Positions 19,461 through 29,603 of a stretch of 64,000 nt of DNA are shown one piece after another. The DNA is taken from NCBI GenBank assembly GCA_039795775.1, contig JBDKLC010000005.1:3654-67653 (forward strand). Direction: 5' to 3'. The notes under the pieces are model-generated. The model had not been told where the DNA came from. It was given only the letters and a program-made list of their open reading frames with translations, and did no database searches. Made by a program: the position numbers and the translations under genes. Each line of letters opens with the position of its first letter. The stretch's first letter is position 1. This DNA comes from Candidatus Parcubacteria bacterium. Lineage in GTDB: Bacteria > Patescibacteriota > Minisyncoccia > Phycocordibacterales > CAIZLB01.

Positions 19461-20210
19461 TTATTTTTTTACAAACCAGAATAGTCCACAACCGTATGTT
19501 TCATTGTCTGATTGAGCCTCTGTGGCGTTGGTGATAATACCACCATCTTTTTCCTGTTCTGGGACGAGTGAAAACTCACGAAGTTCGAATTCAGGGAAGT
19601 AGCTGAGGACCTGCTTATAGCTATAGATTCGGTGGGCATTAAACATGATTTTAGGCTTGCCTACAGGTGTTACGAACAAGAGGGAACCCCCTTGTCGTAC
19701 AACGCGTTTAAGCTCATTTATTGCCTTTATATCGCCTTCTGGGTCGATAGGGTCACCGTATCGGCCGAGCCCAATGTGCTCTATCGTATGCATACACGAA
19801 AGTGAGGCCAATTCACTGTCCTGGAAGGGCAGTTTCATGAGGTCGCCTTCTTTGCTTTCTAGGTCTGAAAGGTAAAGAGGAGCTGGTCGATAGTCGTAAA
19901 AATGCACAGGTACAAAGGCTGATACAATGCCACAGAAATAGAGACTTGAAGAAATATCTACATGAAACGCTGGGTTTATCTCTTTTACCTTTCGAGCTGC
20001 CCACGATGTGTGATACACATAGTGCCGGTCAAATCCTGTAAGTCGAGTCTTATCGAAGATCTGTGGAAAGACGTCACTGATGTTTGTAGAAAAACGTTGT
20101 TTCGAATCTCTGTTTCTGTACACGATATAATCGAGTGCGATAAAGAGGAATAATGGAAAATAAATAACTTTTTTTATAAATCTCAGTGTTGATCGAAGTG
20201 ATGATGGCAT
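19461..20210 (-). CDS. Putative SAM-dependent methyltransferase (DUF268-like)
   Basis: LSCMHTIEHIGLGRYGD...GGSLLFVTPVG is reminiscent of the class I MT-like DUF268 family. The assignment is weak. Confidence 0.35.
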   Translation of the reverse strand: MPSSLRSTLRFIKKVIYFPLFLFIALDYIVYRNRDSKQRFSTNISDVFPQIFDKTRLTGFDRHYVYHTSWAARKVKEINPAFHVDISSSLYFCGIVSAFVPVHFYDYRPAPLYLSDLESKEGDLMKLPFQDSELASLSCMHTIEHIGLGRYGDPIDPEGDIKAINELKRVVRQGGSLLFVTPVGKPKIMFNAHRIYSYKQVLSYFPEFELREFSLVPEQEKDGGIITNATEAQSDNETYGCGLFWFVKK

Positions 20211-20220
20211 TGTGGTGAAT

Positions 20221-21165
20221 TTAACTAATAATACGTGTGGCTTTTCGTTTAAGGGAACGGACTATATTAAATGGTTTGTTCCCCAAGTATGCCATACCTA
20301 ACTTAATATATGAAAGTGCGTTAAATGGATGTATTTTGATTGATTTTTTAAGATAATGAATTGCTTGCTTTTGTTCTTTGTTATAAAGATGAAGTCCAGC
20401 AATTGAATGGAGCACATTACTATAACTCGATGGAAATTTTAAAAAAGTATTTTCATATTTTGTAATAATGTGAGTTAAATCTCTGAGACGTTCTTTTGAT
20501 GAGGTTAATATATTTGAAGTATTGTTGTTGTGTATATGATATCGGACAAGCACGTCTGGCAAGAATATATAGGGAATATCTTGATCAATCATTCTCGTAA
20601 CTAGATCAAAATCTGCGAACATCTTAAGTTGTGTATCAAGGTATCCTACTTTTTCTAGTACGGATCTTTTAATACAAAGCATACTAAAGGTATTAAAGTA
20701 TTTCCCAGCAAGCAATTCTTTTTTTGAAAGACTACCTTTTGTTATTTTAACTTTAGCCGTCGTTATTAATCCTGTTAGATCATTAATATGTTCAACATTT
20801 GAAGCAATGAATCCTATTTGTGGATTTAAAGTAAAAAAAGTATGTAGAATTTCTAGTTTGTTTGATCTCCATTCATCGTCATGGTCGAGAAATGCGATAT
20901 AGCTACCTTTCGAAACATCAATACCAACATTTGTAGGAACTGTTGGTCCACCAGAGTTAGTCGTAGTAATTACTTTTATTCGTGAATCTTCAGAACTAAG
21001 CTCAAGTAAAATAGTTGAGGTCTCGTCCTTTGAACCATCATCAATAATAATAAGTTCAAAATCTGAGTACGTTTGTTGAAGTACGCTGGTTACAGTCCTT
21101 CTGATAAATTGTTCACTATTATAAGTAGGAATAATTACACTAAAAAAAGGATTTTTCTGTGACAT
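20221..21165 (-). CDS. Glycosyltransferase family 2
   Basis: FSVIIPTYNSEQFI...IIDDGSKDET...AFLDHDDEW. Confidence 0.85.
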   Translation of the reverse strand: MSQKNPFFSVIIPTYNSEQFIRRTVTSVLQQTYSDFELIIIDDGSKDETSTILLELSSEDSRIKVITTTNSGGPTVPTNVGIDVSKGSYIAFLDHDDEWRSNKLEILHTFFTLNPQIGFIASNVEHINDLTGLITTAKVKITKGSLSKKELLAGKYFNTFSMLCIKRSVLEKVGYLDTQLKMFADFDLVTRMIDQDIPYIFLPDVLVRYHIHNNNTSNILTSSKERLRDLTHIITKYENTFLKFPSSYSNVLHSIAGLHLYNKEQKQAIHYLKKSIKIHPFNALSYIKLGMAYLGNKPFNIVRSLKRKATRIIS

Positions 21166-21169
21166 ATCG

Positions 21170-21703
21170 TTAGTTTAGGAACGGAAGAAGTTGATCTTTT
21201 TCAGAAACAACAGGTGTAGTAACACCCCAGTCTATATCGAGTGTTGGGTCATCAAATCGAATGCCACCTTCAGCAGTTTTTGTGTATTCTTTTGTACATG
21301 CATACAAAAAGTATGCTTCATCTGAGAGCACTGAGAAGCCATGAGCAAATCCAGGTGGTATGTAGATGAAGGTACTGTCTTCACCAGTCAAATCAATTGT
21401 TTGAAACTTTTTGTACGTAGGTGAATCAGATCTCATGTCTACAAAAACATCCCGAACTTTTCCAGAAATAAGATATACAAGTTTACCTTGCGCAAATTCT
21501 CCGTGCTGATAGTGAAGCCCTCGAATCACATCTTTTTTCGAATACGACATGTTGTACTGAGGAAAACTATCAGGTAGTCCGAGTTTCTTAAATTCAGAGA
21601 TTTTTGCCATCTCCATAAAATATCCACGATCATCATGGAATTTGTCAGAAGTAACAATTAATACATCTGGTAAATCTGTCAGAGCTGTAACTTTAAAAGC
21701 CAT
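21170..21703 (-). CDS. rmlC: dTDP-4-dehydrorhamnose 3,5-epimerase-like cupin (RmlC family)
   Basis: DDRGYFME...RGLHYQ...GKLVYLISGKVRDVFVDMR...IYIPPGFAHGF matches RmlC-family signature motifs. Confidence 0.8.
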   Translation of the reverse strand: MAFKVTALTDLPDVLIVTSDKFHDDRGYFMEMAKISEFKKLGLPDSFPQYNMSYSKKDVIRGLHYQHGEFAQGKLVYLISGKVRDVFVDMRSDSPTYKKFQTIDLTGEDSTFIYIPPGFAHGFSVLSDEAYFLYACTKEYTKTAEGGIRFDDPTLDIDWGVTTPVVSEKDQLLPFLN

Positions 21704-21746
21704 AATACTAGTAGTGTATACCGAGGACTAGGCTTTTGCTAGGTCT

Positions 21747-22814
21747 TTACTTGCCGAGAGCTTTGTGGGCAAACAGGGTCTGAAGACGGTTTTTGTATAT
21801 CTCTGTAGATGCAGTATCTGGGAAGGCGACATTTGTATATGGATGCAATTCGAGGGCTTTTTCTATCTGTACCCATGTAGGTTCGATGTCATAGAGGTAT
21901 TCACTCTTGAGGAATCGGAGTGTATGAGGTTTGTGTGAAAATTTGCTGAAGAGTTTGGCAAAAAATGAAGGCTTAGTTTCGTATGTCTCAAGATTGAGGG
22001 TATCGCCATTTTGTGGCAATGGTTTAGTTGGCACCAGAGCTGGGAAGGCAATATAGAATTGCTTGTAGATATCGAGTATCAGAGCGAAATCGGTATATGA
22101 TTTCATATCTTTTGAAACAAGGTGAATGTGCTGCATCGCATAGTCGTATCGAGCGAGCCACAAGTCACGGAGCTCTTTGATCTTTGCGCCTTTTGCTTTG
22201 TGTTCTTCTACAAAGTGATAGAGATGTGCTTCACTATTCATTCGTTTTTCTACAAGCTTTTCAGGATTCATTGAAAGGCAATATTCTTTGAATAAAGCAG
22301 GCTTCATGGCAAAGAGCATGTCATTGTAGTTACCTGGTGCAGCGTGGAGCATTGTGCCATCTGGCAAGATGTAGTCGGGGTTACTTATTACAATATCATC
22401 AGTAGAGTTTGTGAGGAGTTGTGTGAAGTCCGGAAGCTTGTAGAGGATGTGTCGAGATGTGTAATACACTACCCAGTCGTATTGTTTGAGTTGATCACCG
22501 AGTCGGTCGAGTACTGCCATGCACATTTGGAATTCTCCAGCTCCTTTGTTTTTACTACCGAGTGCATTGTTGTTGATGAGAAATTTATATTTCACATCGT
22601 TAGATCCAACGAGTGTTCTGCTGTGATTGTTTTCAAATGACGTGATACTTTCTGTAGTATTTTCTACAACGCAAATATCAGCAACACCTTTTGTTTGTTG
22701 AATGAGATTCCAGAGAGCTACAGCATAGAGTTCTTGTCTGTTATATCTCTGTCGAAATGATGTGTTTGCAGGTTGGTAAGAGGAAAGACAAACAAACAAA
22801 ATTTTATTATTCAT
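21747..22814 (-). CDS. Hypothetical protein in glycan operon (possible glycosyltransferase)
   Basis: 355-aa ORF with no recognisable motif. It is in an operon with glycosyltransferases and the DegT gene. Confidence 0.3.
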   Translation of the reverse strand: MNNKILFVCLSSYQPANTSFRQRYNRQELYAVALWNLIQQTKGVADICVVENTTESITSFENNHSRTLVGSNDVKYKFLINNNALGSKNKGAGEFQMCMAVLDRLGDQLKQYDWVVYYTSRHILYKLPDFTQLLTNSTDDIVISNPDYILPDGTMLHAAPGNYNDMLFAMKPALFKEYCLSMNPEKLVEKRMNSEAHLYHFVEEHKAKGAKIKELRDLWLARYDYAMQHIHLVSKDMKSYTDFALILDIYKQFYIAFPALVPTKPLPQNGDTLNLETYETKPSFFAKLFSKFSHKPHTLRFLKSEYLYDIEPTWVQIEKALELHPYTNVAFPDTASTEIYKNRLQTLFAHKALGK

Positions 22815-22850
22815 GATGATCCCTGACCGGTAATTTGGAGGCGAGTACGA

Positions 22851-23996
22851 TTACGCCTTAAAGTTTTTAACAACCTTAATTATATACGCAACCTCTTTTG
22901 GAGTTAAGCCTGGGAACATAGGAAGGAGAGTGATCTTTTTCCATACAGTGTCAGCTACAGGAAGCTTTCTCTTTTTCATGTACGGCTGGTACATCTTGTA
23001 GAGGTGGTTTGGAATGTAGTGCATGCCAGCGCCAACGCCATTTTCCATCAAATATGCGATGAATTTATCTCGAATAGAAGCATCAACTTTTACCATGAAG
23101 TTGTGAGTAGCATTCCATGCGTATGATTTTTCTACTGGAAGCTCAAGCCATGGAAGGTCTGCGAATGCTTTTTTGTATTGATCGGCGATTGCTCGTCGTC
23201 GTTCGAGGTGAGCAGGAAGCTTTTCGAGCTGAACAAGACCGAGACATGCGTTGATGTCATTCATGTGATATTTGTATCCAAGTTCTTCAACTTCATAGTA
23301 CCAGTGATATCCCTTGTCTGTGATAGTTCGATCGAATGTACTTTTGTTGATACCTAGCCATCGTCGCTTTCGAAGAATCTCATCCCATTTTTTATTGTTG
23401 AATGTGAGTGCACCACCGTCACCTGTTGCAAGGTTTTTTACAGCGTGGAAACTGAAACTTGTGATGTCAGCAACAGAACCAACAGGTTTGCCTTTGTATT
23501 TTGAACCGCATGAATGTGCAGCATCTTCAAGTACAAAAAGTTTATGTTTTTTTGCAATTTTCTTAATCTTGTCTATGTCACAAGGATGACCACCGTAGTC
23601 TACGCAAATAATACCTGCTGTCTTTGGAGTGATCAGTGCTTCAATTTTGTCAGCGTCGATATTGAGAGTGTCTGGTTCAATATCACAGAATACTGGAATA
23701 CCACCTTCGTATAAGATAGCGTGGTTTGTAGAAACGAATGTCATCGGAGTTGTGATGACTTCTTTGCCCTTAATATTAAAAAGTGAGAGAGCAAGGTGAA
23801 GAGCTGATGTTGCTGAGTTGAGAGCAACTGCATGCGGAGCACCCACAAACGCACCGAATTTGTCTTCAAATTCTTTGGTTTTTGGCCCAAGTCCAATCCA
23901 GCCTTTTTTAAAGGATTCTTTTAATGAGTTGAGTTCTCGACTGTCATATGACGGTCGGAAAAGTGGAATCATATTCATATGGGGACATAGTAGCAT
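22851..23996 (-). CDS. DegT/DnrJ/EryC1/StrS-family PLP-dependent sugar aminotransferase
   Basis: NSATSALHLAL...VITTPMTF...VDYGGHPCD...LEDAAHS...SFHAVKNL, where the Lys in HAVK is the PLP lysine. The true start is probably the internal Met (MIPLFRP). Confidence 0.85.
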   Translation of the reverse strand: MLLCPHMNMIPLFRPSYDSRELNSLKESFKKGWIGLGPKTKEFEDKFGAFVGAPHAVALNSATSALHLALSLFNIKGKEVITTPMTFVSTNHAILYEGGIPVFCDIEPDTLNIDADKIEALITPKTAGIICVDYGGHPCDIDKIKKIAKKHKLFVLEDAAHSCGSKYKGKPVGSVADITSFSFHAVKNLATGDGGALTFNNKKWDEILRKRRWLGINKSTFDRTITDKGYHWYYEVEELGYKYHMNDINACLGLVQLEKLPAHLERRRAIADQYKKAFADLPWLELPVEKSYAWNATHNFMVKVDASIRDKFIAYLMENGVGAGMHYIPNHLYKMYQPYMKKRKLPVADTVWKKITLLPMFPGLTPKEVAYIIKVVKNFKA

Positions 23997-24216
23997 GCTT
24001 TATAGGTTTTAAAAATATGGTGATTTTAAGAAAGAATGGGCATATAATTAGGTGTATATTTTATGCAAAAACCCTTCTTTTCGACATTTATACTGAGGGA
24101 ACCAGAGGGTAAACTTCTTTTGCAGTTACGTGACGATGGAAATAGTGACTATTGATGAAATAAAAAAATTAGATCTTGCGTTTGGTCACAATGATCTAAT
24201 TTTAAAAATTGAGGAT

Positions 24217-25899
24217 TTAGTCTAATTGTACAGTCTTGTAGTACGGATTATTCCACGCTGGGTTTCCCTGATCCATGAAGTCGATAGCGTCATAGTTGTA
24301 ACTCTTGAGTCGGTAGTCTGTCCATTCTGCGAAGAACGGTCGGTCCTGGCATACGATACCTGCGATAGCATCGATACCTGCACCTACGTCGATAAATACT
24401 GCGTTGCTGTACTGTCGGAGAAGTGGAAGGAGAGCAATTTTTGAACTGCCAGCTCCAACGAGGAAAATCTTTGCTTTACTGTTTGCGATCTGCGCGCCTA
24501 CTTTTTCTACAAGAGGGAGGATGTTATCGGCTGCGCCTTTTTCTGGCACGCCAATGTAGTCAGTAAATGAATCAGTGCCGAGGTAGTCCTGATATTCTTT
24601 TCGCTGCATAAGTTCCTTGATAAGAGCAACTTTGTTTTCTGATGCGATGATGCCGATTTCGTTTTTGAAATTTCGGAACACCCATTTTGTAGATACGAGA
24701 CCGTACACTGCTTCACTTGGAATAACATCATTTGAAACAATTGAAAGTGCTTTTCGGAGGTATGTGCCTTTTCGTTTGAATGAATAGATGAATGCAATGA
24801 TGCCAGGAATAATGCCAAACCATGTGAGGGGAGTAAGAGCCTTGTCTATTGCATATGCTTTCTTACCATTTTCCATAGGTTTGATACCTAGTCGCAACAG
24901 TCGAGAAATAACTTTTTCTACGAGGTCAACAATGATGAACTTTTTCCAGTTTCGATGTTCGTGTGATTCGAGGTTGAGTGTGATGAGGTCATTTTGCCAG
25001 AACATCGCTCGGAAAAGACCAATGTCGATTTTGTCGTAACCTGTTGTGAGGGCTCGGCGTCCTGGTTTTGCACTACCGATAGCAATTTGTCGGAGGAAGA
25101 AATAGTCGCCGTCACTTGCTCGGAGAATAGACGCGCCTTTACCATTTCGACTTCGTTCGAAAATATAATTTTGTAAATCGATGAATGACTTTTGAAGAGA
25201 TGTTTTTGTGAGACCTGCGTGTGTGAGAGATTTTTTGTGACTTGGATTGTCTGTTGAAATAGTTTGCAAGAGATATGATGAGTCTACTTTTGCGAATCGA
25301 TTCTTCTTGAAGACCATAATATTTTTTGCCCACCAGTTGTAGCCAATGCCCTCGAGTTTGTTTGCAAGCACAGAAGCTAGTGCATCTGATCGTTCTGCCC
25401 AGTAAGTAAAGCCCCGCTCTTCGAGCTTTTTCATAATGTAGCCTTTTGGCTGAGGATTGAGGTGCTGACCGTCATGATCTTCGTGCTGGTTTGACCATGT
25501 GAGGAGGAGAATATCTTGTGTTGCCTTTGTGAGGTTGTCGAGGAAGGCATCTTCGCATTCAGCTGGAATGTGTTCACCAACTTCTGAGCAGTTTACGATT
25601 TCATATTCTTTTTTGAAGGTAAATGGCTTTGAGAGGTCGTCGATATGTACGAAGTCTTTGATACTTGGAGCTGCATACTGTTTTGACCAATCGAAATAGT
25701 CGTAGCCAATGACTTCTGCAGTAGGATACTTATGTTTCCACGCTTCCATAAGACGGCCGTTGTTGCAGCCAAGGTCTGCGAGACTATCGATAGTGCTGAG
25801 GTCAAAGACTTCATCTATAGCTTGGAAGTACGCCATATATGGTCGCATTTCTCGTGTGTATTCAACTTCTTTGTATGTGTCTTTAACTTTTGGGTCCAT
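24217..25899 (-). CDS. Two-domain protein: N-terminal class I SAM-dependent methyltransferase plus C-terminal Rossmann-like domain of unknown function
   Basis: The N-terminus has LADLGCNNGRL...VIGYDY...NCSEVGEHI (MT motifs I and post-I). The C-terminus has KIFLVGAGSSK...AVFIDVGAGIDAIAG, a Gly-rich nucleotide-binding-like signature. It is the first gene of the downstream operon. Confidence 0.4.
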   Translation of the reverse strand: MDPKVKDTYKEVEYTREMRPYMAYFQAIDEVFDLSTIDSLADLGCNNGRLMEAWKHKYPTAEVIGYDYFDWSKQYAAPSIKDFVHIDDLSKPFTFKKEYEIVNCSEVGEHIPAECEDAFLDNLTKATQDILLLTWSNQHEDHDGQHLNPQPKGYIMKKLEERGFTYWAERSDALASVLANKLEGIGYNWWAKNIMVFKKNRFAKVDSSYLLQTISTDNPSHKKSLTHAGLTKTSLQKSFIDLQNYIFERSRNGKGASILRASDGDYFFLRQIAIGSAKPGRRALTTGYDKIDIGLFRAMFWQNDLITLNLESHEHRNWKKFIIVDLVEKVISRLLRLGIKPMENGKKAYAIDKALTPLTWFGIIPGIIAFIYSFKRKGTYLRKALSIVSNDVIPSEAVYGLVSTKWVFRNFKNEIGIIASENKVALIKELMQRKEYQDYLGTDSFTDYIGVPEKGAADNILPLVEKVGAQIANSKAKIFLVGAGSSKIALLPLLRQYSNAVFIDVGAGIDAIAGIVCQDRPFFAEWTDYRLKSYNYDAIDFMDQGNPAWNNPYYKTVQLD

Positions 25900-25954
25900 G
25901 GAATTGGTGGATTTGAAATAATTGTATGGAGTAATGATAGCAAAACTTTTAGTC

Positions 25955-26431
25955 TTAAACTATTTTTAAAATTTTGCAGATGTGATACGTCATATCGTCA
26001 AGGAAGTAGGTGAGTTTTGTATAGAAAGAGTCAGTATGTTCTTTGAGTCGTTTTACTTTTACAAACTCAGCGTCAATGTTTCGCGCGAATAGTCCGTCTG
26101 TAAGCATTTTGTCACCGATGACTACACGTTCTTTTGGATGCTTTGGGTCAATGAGGTCTACGATCTTTTTGTTAGGTTTTCGGAGGTGTGTGGTGAGAAT
26201 AGGAATATTCAATTTTTGTGAGATGGCGAGATTTCGAGCCGGGTTTGGCTTATTTGAACAAAGAAGCACTACATTGTGCTCTGCAAGATCACGAACTTTG
26301 TGCATAGCTGCTTCTTCAATGTCACTACTGTTGTCTGTAGCAATTGTACCGTCGATGTCGAGAATGACAGTTTTGCCAGAAATATTCTGGATGTCTTGGT
26401 CTTTAAAGTAATATTCAGTGTGAGATGACAT
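25955..26431 (-). CDS. HAD-superfamily phosphatase (HAD-IIIA/YqeG-like)
   Basis: VILDIDGTIA (motif I DxDGT), LLCSNK (motif II) and VVIGDKMLTD (motif III/IV). Confidence 0.65.
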   Translation of the reverse strand: MSSHTEYYFKDQDIQNISGKTVILDIDGTIATDNSSDIEEAAMHKVRDLAEHNVVLLCSNKPNPARNLAISQKLNIPILTTHLRKPNKKIVDLIDPKHPKERVVIGDKMLTDGLFARNIDAEFVKVKRLKEHTDSFYTKLTYFLDDMTYHICKILKIV

Positions 26432-26469
26432 AGTTGTATTCAGGAAAAGTTTAGGAATAATATTGATAA

Positions 26470-26832
26470 CTAATTTGTGTGCGGAGCAAAGTAGAAGATC
26501 ATTGTAATGGCCACGATGAGTAATGCATAGCCTACCATTTGCATCGTTGTGATTGTTTCTCCGAGTGATACGTATGCAAATGTGTTAATGATGAGAAGAC
26601 TCATGCCCACCATGATTGGATATGCGACGGTGATAGGGAGTGTTCGTAGAGCGAGAAAGTAGAAGAGGGCATTGAGACCAAAACAAATGAATCCAAGGAG
26701 AAATAGTGCATTTGCTGAAATTGTTTGGAGACTGAATCCATGAAGAACCAAACCTTTTTTTGCACCGAGCTTGAGAAGAACATTTGCAGTTCCATTCAAG
26801 ATGAACGCCACGATGAGGTAAATAATAGACAT
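26470..26832 (-). CDS. SMR/EamA-like 4-TM small transporter (ArnE/ArnF-like putative lipid-linked sugar flippase)
   Basis: 120 aa with four hydrophobic helices. The N-terminus IVAFILNGTANVLLKLGAKK is like ArnE/EmrE-type proteins. Its stop is 3 nt from the GT-C gene. Confidence 0.55.
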   Translation of the reverse strand: MSIIYLIVAFILNGTANVLLKLGAKKGLVLHGFSLQTISANALFLLGFICFGLNALFYFLALRTLPITVAYPIMVGMSLLIINTFAYVSLGETITTMQMVGYALLIVAITMIFYFAPHTN

Positions 26833-26834
26833 GA

Positions 26835-28538
26835 TTATTTTGATTTTATTTTTGTTGAAGTTGCAGATGTCGATGAGGCTCTTGTATCAATGTACTGATC
26901 AGATGTGATTTTTGAGTAGAGCACAAATGGTGATCCTTTTTTCAACAATAACTTTGTACCTTTATATTCTACGAGATTGTAGTTTGCTTTGCACCAGTCT
27001 TCGAGATTTTGTGATGCCCAACTACAGAAATGATTGTTGAACGCAAGATACACAATTACATCAGGTGATTTTTCTTTGAATGTATAGTTGAGGTCGTATT
27101 TGTTATGACCAGGAATACTATACATACCTCGTGGATTTGAAAGCGCTCCAGAAAGGTCAGGGGCAAGCTTTGCGATATGAGGATCCATTTTTCCCAAAGG
27201 GTCGAGAGAATATCGCTGCGAAATATAAGGAACAGTTCCAGCCCAGAATGTAGCTACAGATGCTTTGTCGGTGGTGAGCTCTTTGATAACAAGAGCAGAG
27301 TTTATATTTTCTTTATTGTTTCTTGATTGATATGGTTCGAGTCGTGTGAAGTCGTAGTGATAATCGAATGGAACAAATACGAGAAGAGAACACACAATAG
27401 CACTCATGAAAGCCATGAAGTGATCTGTGCGCATGTTGAATGAATCTTTGAGTCTCGCTGCTGTGACAACGAATGCAATAAAGAAAAGCACAGTATAGGG
27501 AACAGTCATTCGCCAAAATGGTGGCCATGGATCTCCACCAACCCATACTTGGTAGGCACTATAGGCTGCAAAAGATCCAACGAAGAGAGTTATATATGAA
27601 AGTGGACCTCGAAGCAGATTACTTATTTTTTCCTTGAGAGATGAACCAGCTTCGAAAAGATATACAAAGAAGAAGAGAATAATAGGAAGAATGAAGAGTT
27701 GAATTCGATTAAGGAAGGGCTGATAGAATCCAAGGCCATTTTTTACACGGTCGAGAAGTGGCATACCTGTCGCTTTGAGGAGGTATGTGTTTGGAACAGA
27801 GAGACCATAGTAAGAAAGTCGGAACATTTGGTAGCCGATAATAGGGAGTGCAGTAATTGTTGCTTCAATACCAACCATAAGCCAGCCTCTTTTTTCTGAA
27901 AGTTTTTGAAAGAACCGGATGATGTAGAAGAGGGCAATGAAGATTGCTCCTTCAGGACGTGCGAGATACACGAGAGAAAGAAGAACTGAAATCCAAACGT
28001 TTGGTCGCCCTGCTGTGTCCTTATAAAGAGAAAGGTAGATAACACTAAGAATGAGAGTTGTGAGATAGCCTGTTTCCATTCCAAAGACTGACCAATACAT
28101 CACTGGATACCATGCCATTGTGAGAATGACACCGAGAAATACGAGAAAATCATTTCGACGTTCTGCAAGAAGTTTTTCGAGTACTCTTCGAACGAGAAAT
28201 ATATTTGCGATGAGACAAAGAAGTCCCATGATTTGTATTGCGAGTGATGCGTAGTTTTGTCCAAAGAGTTTGATTGCTCCAGCCATCACAAACACCGTGA
28301 GAGGATTTGTGAAGCCTTCAACTTTTTCTCCAATATTCCACACGAGACCATGTCCGTGTGCAAGATTGTCTGCATATCTCATCGAAATCATTGCGTCATC
28401 GAAAAGTACAAAGTGTCGCACGCCGTCGAGTGCAACAAATGATGATCGGTAGATGAGAGTGACTGCAAACAAAACAAAAAGTGTAAAACAGATTTTGAAA
28501 ATTCTGTTATGGGCTGGAGCTGAAAAAAAGTTAAACAT
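26835..28538 (-). CDS. GT-C fold membrane glycosyltransferase (ArnT/PMT-like)
   Basis: 567 aa with more than 10 predicted TM helices. The first periplasmic-loop motif FDDAMISMRYADNLAHGHGLVW...EK...NPL resembles the D-[DE]-x-RYA motif of ArnT (GT83) and PMT (GT39) enzymes. It is adjacent to the ArnE-like and UbiA-family genes. Confidence 0.5.
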   Translation of the reverse strand: MFNFFSAPAHNRIFKICFTLFVLFAVTLIYRSSFVALDGVRHFVLFDDAMISMRYADNLAHGHGLVWNIGEKVEGFTNPLTVFVMAGAIKLFGQNYASLAIQIMGLLCLIANIFLVRRVLEKLLAERRNDFLVFLGVILTMAWYPVMYWSVFGMETGYLTTLILSVIYLSLYKDTAGRPNVWISVLLSLVYLARPEGAIFIALFYIIRFFQKLSEKRGWLMVGIEATITALPIIGYQMFRLSYYGLSVPNTYLLKATGMPLLDRVKNGLGFYQPFLNRIQLFILPIILFFFVYLFEAGSSLKEKISNLLRGPLSYITLFVGSFAAYSAYQVWVGGDPWPPFWRMTVPYTVLFFIAFVVTAARLKDSFNMRTDHFMAFMSAIVCSLLVFVPFDYHYDFTRLEPYQSRNNKENINSALVIKELTTDKASVATFWAGTVPYISQRYSLDPLGKMDPHIAKLAPDLSGALSNPRGMYSIPGHNKYDLNYTFKEKSPDVIVYLAFNNHFCSWASQNLEDWCKANYNLVEYKGTKLLLKKGSPFVLYSKITSDQYIDTRASSTSATSTKIKSK

Positions 28539-28547
28539 ACGGGAGGG

Positions 28548-29582
28548 TTAGAAGAATAATTTGGCCACCTTGAGGATACCTTGTTTCCAAGGTACTCGGT
28601 GAGTTACGCCTGACTGACCTTCAAATTTATGAAGATTGGCGAGGTACCAGTCATAGTTTTTTACAAGAGCTTGTTTGTTTGAGAACTGAGGTTTGTAGCC
28701 AAGTTGTAGTTCTGCTTTTTCGATAGATACAAATGAGTCTTTTGACGCTGTTTCGTACACCCACTTGTAAAGAGGGGAAAGTTTGAGAGCTTCGAGAACT
28801 CGGAGTGTCCAAATAACAGGAGCAGCAGGAAGGCCAATAATCTTTTTTCCAAAGCCTGCTTTGTCGAGCACTGCCTGATAATCTTCTTTCATTGTAGTGA
28901 ATTCTTTTGCACCAATATTGAATGTGTCGTTTGCTTTTTCTTTTTCGAGAGTAGAAGCAAGATAAATAGCATCACAGAGATCATCTACGTCGAGGAGCTG
29001 GTAGCGGTTGTGTCCACTTCCGATCATTGGGAAATTTTTTCCATCTTTTGCCCAATCATAAAAGAGAGCGAATACACCAAGTCGTTCTGGACCAACAAAT
29101 GATTTTGGTCGAATGATAGGAACAATGAGACCTTTATTTCGATATTCGAGACAAGCTTCTTCAGCAAGAATCTTTGCTTTACCGTAAGGACCTACACCAT
29201 CGAGTTTGTCATCTTCTTTGAGAGGATGATGATCTGGAATACCGTACACCGCTGTTGAAGAAATATGTACCACTCGAGGCACATTGTTTGCGAGAGCTTT
29301 TTCTAAAATATTTTTTGTACCGTCTACATCAGTCGTCATGATTTCTTGTTCAGTATAGAGGGGAAGTGCTGCAGCTGTATGAACGACAACATCTACACCT
29401 TTCATGTAGGCATCTATAGTTGCTGCATCTCGAATATCGCCTATCACCGCAGTAATTTTTTCTTTTTCAGGATAGTCGAAAGCTTCTTTGTCGATTGAAA
29501 TAATAGTGTGACCTTTTGCAAGAGCATGTCGAATAAAGTTGATACCGAGGAACCCTGAACCGCCTGTAATTAAGAATTTCAT
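28548..29582 (-). CDS. NAD-dependent epimerase/dehydratase (extended SDR)
   Basis: The N-terminal Rossmann motif is KFLITGGSGFLGINFIRHAL. YGKAK (YxxxK) forms the catalytic dyad. Length is ~344 aa. Confidence 0.8.
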   Translation of the reverse strand: MKFLITGGSGFLGINFIRHALAKGHTIISIDKEAFDYPEKEKITAVIGDIRDAATIDAYMKGVDVVVHTAAALPLYTEQEIMTTDVDGTKNILEKALANNVPRVVHISSTAVYGIPDHHPLKEDDKLDGVGPYGKAKILAEEACLEYRNKGLIVPIIRPKSFVGPERLGVFALFYDWAKDGKNFPMIGSGHNRYQLLDVDDLCDAIYLASTLEKEKANDTFNIGAKEFTTMKEDYQAVLDKAGFGKKIIGLPAAPVIWTLRVLEALKLSPLYKWVYETASKDSFVSIEKAELQLGYKPQFSNKQALVKNYDWYLANLHKFEGQSGVTHRVPWKQGILKVAKLFF

Positions 29583-29603
29583 AATGATGTAGCTAGTTAC
29601 AAA

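Noticed and set aside
24060-24150. 30-aa plus-strand ORF (MQKPFFSTFILREPEGKLLLQLRDDGNSDY) in the 221-bp gap between the two glycan operons
   Set aside because: It is too short and unsupported, and the gap more likely holds the promoter of the downstream minus-strand operon.
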